From: an uncultured Solirubrobacterales bacterium
Lineage (GTDB): Bacteria > Actinomycetota > Thermoleophilia > Solirubrobacterales > Solirubrobacteraceae
DNA: 64,000 nucleotides
Direction: 5' to 3'
Assembly: GCA_963706395.1 (NCBI GenBank)
Contig: OY970158.1
Location: 394,421-458,420 of the forward strand
This document shows positions 18,824 to 27,445 of the stretch, piece by piece (position 1 is the stretch's first letter; each line of letters opens with the position of its first letter). The notes below the pieces were generated by a model. It searched no databases. It had not been told where the DNA came from and saw nothing but the letters and a program-made list of their open reading frames with translations. The position numbers and the translations under genes are program-made.

Positions 18824-19396
18824 ATGGCCGAGACGAGTGCGCGCAGCTGGCTGCGCTGCTACCGCTGCTGGTCCCAGGAGCTGGAGGTCCAGGTCCATTA
18901 CGAGGGGATCCACAAGATCGACCCCGACACGGGCGAGCGAGCGGAAGTCGTCGACGAGCTGCAGGAGGCCGTCGTCCAGTGCCTGGACTGCATGCACGAC
19001 CAGCCGCACCTCGGCTTCAACAACGGGCGCGTGGAGCCGATCGAGGACCGCTGGGAACGGATGATCGCCGGGACCCCCTGGGTCGCCTCGTGCACCGTGT
19101 CCGTCGACGCCGAGGACGTCGAGAGCTGCTCAGGGCCCGAGGCCGGGGACGCGCTTTCCTACGCCGCCTTCGGCGATCATGGCGTGCGCGAGTTCTTCAC
19201 GCACGTCCGCTTCCACAAGCACGAAGACGACACGCGCATCATCGTCCACCTGCTCGTCGAGCTCTACGCGCGCTCGCTCGAGGAGGCCACCGAGGTGCTC
19301 GAGTCATCCGCGCGCGGGCTGCTGACAATCACCTCGCTGGCGGAGGAGTCACGCCCGCCGGCAGCAGCCGGCGAGACCCACGGTCAGCACGACTAG
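18824..19396 (+). CDS. Hypothetical protein with CxxC...CxxC zinc-ribbon N-terminus
   Basis: CYRC and CLDC; GGAGGG RBS before ATG 18824. Confidence 0.7.
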   Translation: MAETSARSWLRCYRCWSQELEVQVHYEGIHKIDPDTGERAEVVDELQEAVVQCLDCMHDQPHLGFNNGRVEPIEDRWERMIAGTPWVASCTVSVDAEDVESCSGPEAGDALSYAAFGDHGVREFFTHVRFHKHEDDTRIIVHLLVELYARSLEEATEVLESSARGLLTITSLAEESRPPAAAGETHGQHD

Positions 19397-19416
19397 AGAC
19401 CCTCTAGGAGCGCAGT

Positions 19417-21237
19417 TCAACCCAGGCGGGCTTCGAGCGCGTCGAGCTGCGCGCCCAGCTCGGGCGGCAGGCTGTCGAATTTCGCCAGGTGCTCGCGGAA
19501 CTGCGGCAGCTGCGCCTTCCACTCCGCGACATCGACTCGCAGCAGCTCGGCCATGTCCTCTTCGGAGACGTCGAGCCCGCGGGTGTCGATGCCCTCGGGG
19601 CCGACTGGAGGGATCAGTCCGATCGGGGTCTCGCGTCGCGGCGCCATGGCCGGCGCAGCGGGCGAACACCCACGAGAGCACGCGCGAGTTCTCGCCGTAG
19701 CCGGGCCACAGGAAGCGGCCCTCCGGGTCCTTGCGGAACCAGTTGACGTAGAAGATCTTCGGCAGGTTCGCGCCGGCCGTGCGACCGATCTGAAGCCAAT
19801 GGGCGAAGTAGTCGGCCATGTTGTAGCCGCAGAACGGCAGCATCGCGAACGGGTCGAAGCGCAGCTCACCGACAGTCCCGGCGGCCGCTGCTGTCTTCTC
19901 CGAGCTCATCACCGAGCCGAGGAAAACGCCGTGCTCCCAGTCGAGCGCCTCGGTCACCAGCGGCACGACGGTCGAGCGCCGCCCGCCGAACAGCATCGCG
20001 TCGATCGGCACGCCCGCGGGGTCCTCCCACTCGGGCGCGATCGCCGGGTCCTGCGCGGCCGGCGTCGTGAAGCGCGCGTTCGGGTGCGCCGCCGGCGGGG
20101 CGGGCGGATCCGTATCGGGCGTCCAGTCGTTGCCGTGCCAGTCGATCAGGTGCGCGGGCGTCTCCTTGGTCATGCCCTCCCACCAGACGTCGCCGTCGTC
20201 GGTCTTGGCGCAGTTGGTGAAGATCGAGTTGCGCTCGATCGTGCGGATCGCGTTCGGGTTGGTCTGCTCGCCGGTTCCCGGCGCGACGCCGAAGAAGCCG
20301 GACTCGGGATTGATCGCGTACAGCCGCCCGTCCTGCGCCGAACTTCATCCACGCGATGTCGTCGCCGATCGTCTCTACCGTCCAGCCCTCGAGCGTCGGG
20401 ATCAGCATCGCCAGGTTCGTCTTGCCGCAGGCGCTCGGGAATGCGCCGGTGATGTACTTGACCTCGCCCTCGGGCGAGGTCAGCTTGAGGATCAGCATGT
20501 GCTCGGCCATCCAGCCCTCGTCGCGCGCCATCACCGAGGCGATCCGCAGCGCGAAGCACTTCTTGCCGAGCAGCGCGTTGCCGCCGTAGCCGGAGCCGTA
20601 TGACCAGATCTCGCGCGTCTCGGGGAAGTGCACGATGTACTTGTTATCCGCGTTGCACGGCCACGGCACGTCCTCCGCGCCATCCTCGAGCGGCATCCCC
20701 ACGGAGTGCAGGCAGGGCACGAACTCGCCTTCGCTGCCGAGCGCGTCGAGCGCGCCCTGGCCCATGCGCGTCATGATCCGCATGCTCACCGCGACATAGG
20801 TCGAGTCGGTCAGCTGCACGCCGACGTGGCTCTTGTCCGAGCCGAGCGGCCCCATCGAGAACGGGCACCACGTACATCGTGCGGCCCGCGCATGCGAGCC
20901 CGCGAACAGCTCGCTGAGCGTCTCGCGCATCTCAGCCGGGATCGCGCCAGTTGTTCGTCGGTCCCGCTTCGGCCTCGGTGGCCGAGCAGATGAACGTGCG
21001 GTCCTCGACGCGCGCCACGTCGCCGGGGTCCGACAGCGCCAGGTAGGAGTTCGGCCGCTTGGCCTCGGAGAGCTTCTCGAAGGTCCCCGCCTCGACGAGC
21101 TCTGGCAGAGCCGGTCGTACTCCTCGGCGGAGCCGTCGCACCAGATGGACCTGCTCCGGTTCGGTGAGGGCCGCCACCTCCTCGACCCAGGCCAGCAGGC
21201 GCTCGTTCTTTGTGGGGGCGGGGACGGTGGTGTTCAT
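19417..21237 (-). CDS. pckG: GTP-dependent phosphoenolpyruvate carboxykinase, broken by several frameshifts (probably sequencing indels)
   Basis: [73 protein letters not shown] spread over several frames. Confidence 0.9.
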
Positions 21238-21358
21238 GAGATCCAAGCGGCTCCTCGGTATCGCGGTCGTGATCGGCGCGCCGTCGTCCTTGACGCGCTG
21301 CCGGGCCAAGATTGGCTCCGGGAACGGAAAAACGCCCTCTGCGGGCGGTCTGAGAAGC

Positions 21359-21944
21359 CTATCGCACCCCTGAATCGACGTTGCCTCTCGGCGCCGGGCA
21401 TGGCCGAGGCACTGGCGACGCGGCGAGCGGAACTCCTCGGGGTCCGCGGGGTACGAGCACGAGGCGCTTGAACTCGGCCACCAGCACGCCGTCCTGGTTC
21501 AGCACGCGCGTGTGCACCTTCACCGTGCCGCGGTCGGGCTTGGACTGGGACTCGTGCTTCTCCAGCACCTCGGACTCGCAGTAGAGCGTGTCGCCGTGGA
21601 ACACCGGTGCGGGGTGCTTGAGCTCTTCGGTCGCAAGGTTCGCGATCGCCTTGCCGCTGACGTCTGCTGACCGACATGCCGAGCGCGAGCGAGTAGACGA
21701 GCGGGCCGACGACGACGTTGCGCCCCTGCTGGGATTTGTGCGCGTACACGTCGTTCAGGTGCAGCGGGTGGTGGTTCATCGTGATCAGGCAGAAGAGGTG
21801 GTCGTCGGACTCGGTCACCGTCTTTGCGGGCCAGTGCTTGTACACGGCGCCGACCTCGAACTCCTCCAGGTAGCGGCCGTATGGATGGGCGCCGCTCGCC
21901 TCGCGTGCGGCCTGATCGGTCTCGACGGGGTGGGTCTCGCTCAT
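21359..21944 (-). CDS. MaoC-family dehydratase, likely actinobacterial mesaconyl-CoA hydratase; one frameshift near 21665
   Basis: YLEEFEVGAVYKHWP.KTVTE.DDHLFCLITMNHHPLH...DVSGKAIANL...FHGDT resembles the MaoC gene in the Streptomyces ccr/meaA cluster (recalled); pathway context. Confidence 0.8.
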
Positions 21945-22059
21945 GGGTCTCCTTCGGATGGTTGCACGCCGCAACTCTAGACTGTCCGAAGCGCCCAGAC
22001 GATACGGTTTGGAGTCAGACCCATCCCGAACGCCACCCAGGCCACCCAGGAGACCAGAC

Positions 22060-23133
22060 TTGCGCAACCCCCGCGACTTCTTCAAGCCCCTCGCGATCGA
22101 CGCGCCCGAGCCCGCGCGCGAGATCCCGTTCAAGCCGTCCCGGATGATCCACTTCATGGACTTCTCGAACGAGAAAATGGTCGCGAAGGCTCCCGACCTC
22201 GCGCCGCACGGTGGACATCCTGCTCGGCAACCTCGAGGACGCCGTGCCGCTTGAAAAGAAGGAGGCGGCACGAGCCGGTCTGATCAAGGTCGGCAGGGAG
22301 ATGGAGCTCGGCGACACGGCCCTGTGGACGCGCGTCAACGAGCTCGCCTCGCCCTACTTCCTCGACGACATCACCCAGCTCGTGGCCGAGATCGGGCACA
22401 AGCTCGAGGTGGTCATGATCCCGAAGGTCGAGGGTCCGTGGGACATCCACTACGTCGACCGTCTGCTGGCCCAGCTGGAGGCGAAGGCGGGCCTCGAGCG
22501 CCCGATCCTGATCCACTGCGTGCTCGAGACCGCCCAGGGCGTCGCCAACCTCGAGGAGATCGCCTGCGCCTCCCCGCGCATCCAGGGGATGAGCTTCGGC
22601 CCCGCCGACCTCGCCGCCTCGCGGCGCATGAAGACCACGCGCGTCGGCGGCGGGCACCCCGGCTACCGCACGATCGCCGACCCCGATCCGCGAGGACCCG
22701 GACGCGCCGCGGCCGAGCTACCAGCAGGACCCGTGGCACTACTCGATCGCGCGCATGGTCGACGCCTGCACGTCAGTCGGCGCGCTGCCGTTCTACGGCC
22801 CCTACGGCGACATCTCGCGACGCGGAGGGCTGCGAAACGCAGTTCCGGGCCTCGTTCCTGCTCGGCTGCGTCGGCGCCTGGTCGCTGCACCCGGGCCAGA
22901 TCGCGATCGCCAAGCGCGTCTACTCGCCCGACCCCGACGAGGTCGCGTTCGCGAAGAAGGTGATCGAGGCGATCCCCGACGGGCGCGGCGTGCACATGAT
23001 CGACGGCAAGATGCAGGACGACGCGACCTGGAAGCAGTGCAAGGTGATGGTCAACCTCGCGGAAATGCTCGCCAAGAAGGATCCTGAGCTGGCCGAGGCC
23101 TACGGGTTCGTGCCGCAGGCCGCCGCCGTATAG
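22060..23133 (+). CDS. mcl: Malyl-CoA/beta-methylmalyl-CoA/citramalyl-CoA lyase (Chloroflexus-type Mcl), frameshifted
   Basis: TTG 22060 with GGAG RBS; [72 protein letters not shown]. Confidence 0.85.
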
Positions 23134-23146
23134 GCTTCCGCGCCGC

Positions 23147-24381
23147 ATGAGATTCTTCGAGTTCGAGGCGCGCGAGATCGTCAAGCGCGCCGGCATCCCC
23201 GTGACGGACTACGGCTTCACGACCGACCCGGCCGAGGCCAAGCAGATCGCCGAGCGGATCGGCGGCCCGACGGTTATCAAGTCCCAGGTGCTCTCCGGCG
23301 GGCGCATGAAGGCGGGCGGCGTCAAGTTCGCCGAGGCACCCGCCGAGGAGGCCGAGAGTCCTACGCTCGGGACATCCTGCAGCTGGAGATCGGCGGGCAC
23401 ATGCCGCGCGGGGTACTGGTTGACCCGAAGGCGGAGGTCGAGCAGGAGTACTACGCCGGCGTCGTCTGGGACGGCACCGCCAAGAAGCCGCTGATGCTCT
23501 TCAGCGACATGGGCGGCATCGACATCGAGCAGGTCGCCGAGGAGCACCCCGACCACGTCGGCCGCGGCCACTTCTCCACGCTCGAGCCCTTCTCCGACTT
23601 CCAGGCCAAGCAGGTCATCGCCGCCGCCGGCGTCACCGGCAAGGCGCTGCAGCGCGCCACCCCGGTGCTCGCTCGCCTGGCCCAGCTGTTCCTCGACAAC
23701 GACATGACGCTCGCCGAGATCAACCCGCTGGCGCAGCTGAAGGACGGCTCGTTCGTCGCGCTCGACGCGCACATGGAGATGGAGAACGAGGGCATGCCGC
23801 GTCAAAAGAGCCTGATCGAGGCACTGGGTATCGGCGCGGACGAGGGCACCCGCGAGGAGCTACACCCCGACTTCGTTCGAGGTCGCCGTCAAGGCGATCG
23901 ACGCCGCCGATCATCGTGGCGTCATCCAGGGCAAGGACACCGGCTTTCAACGGCAACATCGGCCTGGTGATCGGCGCGGGCGGCGGCTCGCTGACGCTCA
24001 CCGACGCCGTGCGCCAGCAGGGCGGTAAGCCCGCCAACTACTCCGAGATCGGCGGCAACCCGTCGGTCGCCAAGGCCTGCGGCCTGGCCAAGCAGGTTCT
24101 CCAGAAAGACGGCGTCGAGAAGATCGCGGTGATGATGTCGATCGTCTCCAACACGCGCGTGGACATCGTCGCGCGCGGCGTGATCAAGGCCTGCGTGGAG
24201 CTGGGCAAGGACCCCGGCGAGAACGATCGCGATCTTCCGCATCCCAGGCGCCTGGGAGGAGGAGGGCTTCAAGATCCTCGACAAATACGGGATCGAGTAC
24301 TGCGACCGGTCGGTGTCGTTGTGGGAGGCCGCGGGCCGGGCGGTCGCCAAGATTGAACCCCACCCACCCGAGGCGGCCTAG
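23147..24381 (+). CDS. Divergent SucC/MtkA-like ATP-grasp acyl-CoA ligase beta subunit, frameshifted
   Basis: FEFEAREI...[59 protein letters not shown]. Confidence 0.85.
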
Positions 24382-24383
24382 CG

Positions 24384-25312
24384 ATGTCGATCCTCATCGA
24401 CCAGGACACCACCTTCATCATCCAGGGCATCACCGGGCGCGAGGCCGTCAACCTCACGCGCGAGTGCCTGGACTACGGCTCGAAGATCGTCGGCGGCGTC
24501 ACCCCCGGCCGCAAGGGCCGTGAGGTCCACGGCGTGCCGGTGTTCGACACCGTCGAGCAGGCTCGTCGAGCACAACGGCGGCGTCGTGCCCGATGGCTCG
24601 GTCGTCACCGTCCCGCCCGCGGGCACGCGCGACGCCGTCTTCGAGGCGCTGCATGCCGGCATCAAGACGATCGTGATCGTCACCGAGCGTATCCCGCGCC
24701 GCGACGTCGCGATGATGGTCGAGCTGGCCGACGCCAAGGGCGCGCGAATCATCGGTCCCAACTGCCTCGGTGTGATCGTCCCCGGCGTCGCCAAGATGGG
24801 CGGCATCGGCGGCCCTGCGCGCAACGCCGCGGTCGCCTACCAGCCCGGCGCGGTCGGCGTGATGAGCCGCTCCGGCGGCATGACGACGGAGATCTCCTCC
24901 ACACTGACGGCAGCGGGACTCGGCGTCTCCACGGCGGTCTCGATCGGCGGCGACGCGATCATCGGCTCAACCTACGCCGAGCTGATGCCGTACTTCGAGG
25001 CCGACGAGCAGACCCAGGCGATCGTGATCTACACCGAGCCCGGCGGGCGCATGGAGGCCCAGCTGGCGCAGTGGGTCACCGAGCACAACTCGCGCCTGCC
25101 GATCATCGCCTTCATGGCCGGCAAGTTCATGGACGACGAGGAGATGCAGGGCATGTCCTTCGGGCACGCCGGCACGATCGTCGAGGGCAAGGAGGACAGC
25201 GCGACCGAGAAGATCGCCCGCCTCCAGGCGGCTGGCATCCCCGTCGTGCAGCGGATCGACGAGATCCCCGACCTGGTCAAGGCCAAGATCGCCGAGAGGA
25301 GCCCAAGCGTGA
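24384..25312 (+). CDS. SucD/MtkB-like acyl-CoA ligase alpha subunit, frameshift near 24560; 3' end uncertain
   Basis: [42 protein letters not shown], phospho-His motif FGHAG. Confidence 0.88.
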
Positions 25313-25572
25313 GAAAGGACGGGATGTTCATCGCCGTCGAGGTCGATGACCAGGCTGCCGCCGATACCGAGCTGGCCCGCCGGCTGAGCGAGGCCTGCCC
25401 GGTCGACATCTTCGCCCAGAAGCCCGACGGCAGCTTGGAGCTCGTGGAGGAGAACCTCGACGAGTGCGTCCTCTGCCGCCTGTGCCTGGACGCCGCTGAC
25501 TCGGACCCCACCCACCCCGATCAACCGGTGAAGATCATCAAGCTGTACGACAACGGCGCGGTCCTGGCCTGA
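25309..25572 (+). CDS. 4Fe-4S ferredoxin-like protein
   Basis: ACPVDIF and ECVLCRLC; own GAGAGGA RBS 8 nt before GTG 25309. Confidence 0.8.
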   Translation: MRKDGMFIAVEVDDQAAADTELARRLSEACPVDIFAQKPDGSLELVEENLDECVLCRLCLDAADSDPTHPDQPVKIIKLYDNGAVLA

Positions 25573-25613
25573 TTCCCTTTGACCGTGCGGTGGACTATCG
25601 TGTTAACGAGCCC

Positions 25614-25703
25614 ATGAACGAAAACTTTTCGCTGATAGTGATGTGTCTGTTTCTGCTGGGCTCACTGGCGTTTCTGGCCCAGCAGCTGACCGCATACCAC
25701 TAG
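25614..25703 (+). CDS. Putative 29-aa hydrophobic small protein
   Basis: MNENFSLIVMCLFLLGSLAFLAQQLTAYH fills an otherwise empty gap; no clear RBS. Confidence 0.35.
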   Translation: MNENFSLIVMCLFLLGSLAFLAQQLTAYH

Positions 25704-25808
25704 ACGACCGCTAGGCGGCGCGAATGCTGCGTCCTCGTCCGCTCGCGTGCAGAGCACGCCACGCTCCCTGCGTCCTTGCCTCGCTTGCCTATCGACCGTC
25801 TGAGATGC

Positions 25809-26183
25809 TCAGTCGTGTTTGCGGGCGTGGCGCGTGTTCTCGCGTTCCTGTTGCTTCTCGACGACGCTCGAGATCAGCCGCAGGAACTGCTCGGGACCGG
25901 AGGCCTTGGCCTGGCCATAGGTGAACGCCTCGATCCAGTCGGGCACCTTGGCCTCATGGGCCATCACGTTGAAGAACTCGCGGCGCATTTCCACCCGCAC
26001 GCGGGCGTCGGTGGGAGGCGTCTTTACCACCTCGATGCCGGGCATCTCCAGGCGGAAGTGCTGCACGTCGCCGCGCCCGCGCAGCTCGACGGCGACCACG
26101 AGCTTCAACGGCTCGAGGGCCGGCACCTCCTCCAGGAACCTGCGCACGGCGAGTTCGATCAGGCTCTTTGCGTCCTCGGCCAT
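25809..26183 (-). CDS. Hypothetical protein, possible SCP2-like fold
   Basis: TGATG overlap with the ACAD; DARVRVEM...AFTYGQAKASG resembles the SCP2 pattern. Confidence 0.6.
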   Translation of the reverse strand: MAEDAKSLIELAVRRFLEEVPALEPLKLVVAVELRGRGDVQHFRLEMPGIEVVKTPPTDARVRVEMRREFFNVMAHEAKVPDWIEAFTYGQAKASGPEQFLRLISSVVEKQQERENTRHARKHD

Positions 26184-27397
26184 CAGATCTTGTGCCGCTC
26201 GAGAAGCTTGCGCCCGATCACCATGCGCTGGATCTCCGAGGTGCCCTCGCCGATCAGCAACAACGGAGCGTCGCGGTAGAGGCGCTCGATCTCATACTCC
26301 TTTGAGTATCCGTAACCGCCGTGGATCCGGAAGGACTCCTCGACGCAGAAGCGCCCGGCCTCGGAGGCGAACAGCTTGGCCATCCCGGCCTCGAGATCGG
26401 AGCGCACGCCGGCGTCCTTCATACGAGCCGCACGCAGCGTGAGCAGCCTGGCGGCATCGACCTGAGTGGCCATGTCGGCGAGCTTGAACTGGATCGCCTG
26501 GTGCTGGGCGATCGGCTTGCCGAAGGTCTTGCGCTCCTGGGAGTAGCGCAGCGCGAGCTCGAGCGCCCGTTGGGCGATCCCGACTCCGCGCGCCGCCACG
26601 TTCACGCGGCCGACCTCCAGGGCGTCCATCATCTGCGAGAAGCCCTTGTTCAGGCCGTCCTGCTCGCCGCCGAGTATGTTCTCCGCCGGGCAGTTGTAGC
26701 CGTCAAAAACGAGCTCGGTGGACTCCACACCCTTGTAGCCCATCTTTTTGATCTTCGGGGGCACGTTCAAGCCCGCGTACTCCCCCGTGTTCTCAGAGAC
26801 GCCCGCCTGCTTCTCGGCGATAAAGCAGGTCATACCGCGGTGGCGAGGATCGGCCTCGGGGTCTGTCTTGACCAGTACGAACACCAGCGTGGACATAAGC
26901 CCGTTGGTGACCCACATCTTCTGCCCGTTGATCTCATAGGCGCCGTCGCTCGTCTTCTTGGCGGAGGTCTTGATTGCCTGCACATCCGAGCCGAGCTCGG
27001 GCTCTGAAAGGGAGAACGCCGCCCTGATCTCACCGGTGGCCATGCGCGGCAGATACTTCTGCTTCTGCTCGTCGGTGCCGAACTTCATCAGCAGATAGGA
27101 GCCGATGAAGTGCGTGTTGATCACACCGGATATCGAGATCCAGCCGCGCGAGAGCTCCTCCACAATCATCGCGTAGGTCGTCAGGTCCAGGCCCATTCCC
27201 CCGTACTCCTCGGGGATGGTCACCCCGAACAGCCCGAGCTCCTTCATCTGCTCGACGATCGGCTCGGGGAAGGCGTCCTCGTGGTCGTAGTGCTCGGCGT
27301 TCGGCAGGATCTGCTCGTCGGCGAACTGGTGGACCATCTCGGTGATCGCTTTCTGCTCGTCGGAGAACTCGTGGGGGTTTTGGGTGGTCACGGCCAA
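26183..27397 (-). CDS. Acyl-CoA dehydrogenase, likely methylsuccinyl-CoA dehydrogenase (actinobacterial type)
   Basis: IPEEYGGMG, FSLSEPELGSD, NGQKMWVTNG, KMGYKG, RIHGGYGYSKEYEIERLYRDA; resembles the ACAD of the Streptomyces ccr cluster (recalled); context. Confidence 0.85.
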   Translation of the reverse strand: MAVTTQNPHEFSDEQKAITEMVHQFADEQILPNAEHYDHEDAFPEPIVEQMKELGLFGVTIPEEYGGMGLDLTTYAMIVEELSRGWISISGVINTHFIGSYLLMKFGTDEQKQKYLPRMATGEIRAAFSLSEPELGSDVQAIKTSAKKTSDGAYEINGQKMWVTNGLMSTLVFVLVKTDPEADPRHRGMTCFIAEKQAGVSENTGEYAGLNVPPKIKKMGYKGVESTELVFDGYNCPAENILGGEQDGLNKGFSQMMDALEVGRVNVAARGVGIAQRALELALRYSQERKTFGKPIAQHQAIQFKLADMATQVDAARLLTLRAARMKDAGVRSDLEAGMAKLFASEAGRFCVEESFRIHGGYGYSKEYEIERLYRDAPLLLIGEGTSEIQRMVIGRKLLERHKI

Positions 27398-27445
27398 GTC
27401 AGTAGCTCCAGTGTCGATTTCGGTCTGAGCAGAGAGAATACCGGC

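Noticed and set aside
22032-22049. Tandem gccacccag x2 upstream of mcl
   Set aside because: Two 9-bp GC-rich units in an error-prone region; could be chance or artefact.
22060-25312. Serine-cycle methylotrophy inferred from mcl plus mtkAB-like genes
   Set aside because: No glyA, sga, hpr, gck, ppc or C1-oxidation genes in the window, and the ligase loops are not Mtk-type.
24520-25572. Apparent SucD-ferredoxin fusion protein
   Set aside because: The ferredoxin has its own RBS and a GTG inside a GTGA overlap signature. One missing base in this indel-rich zone explains the fusion. Needs polished reads.
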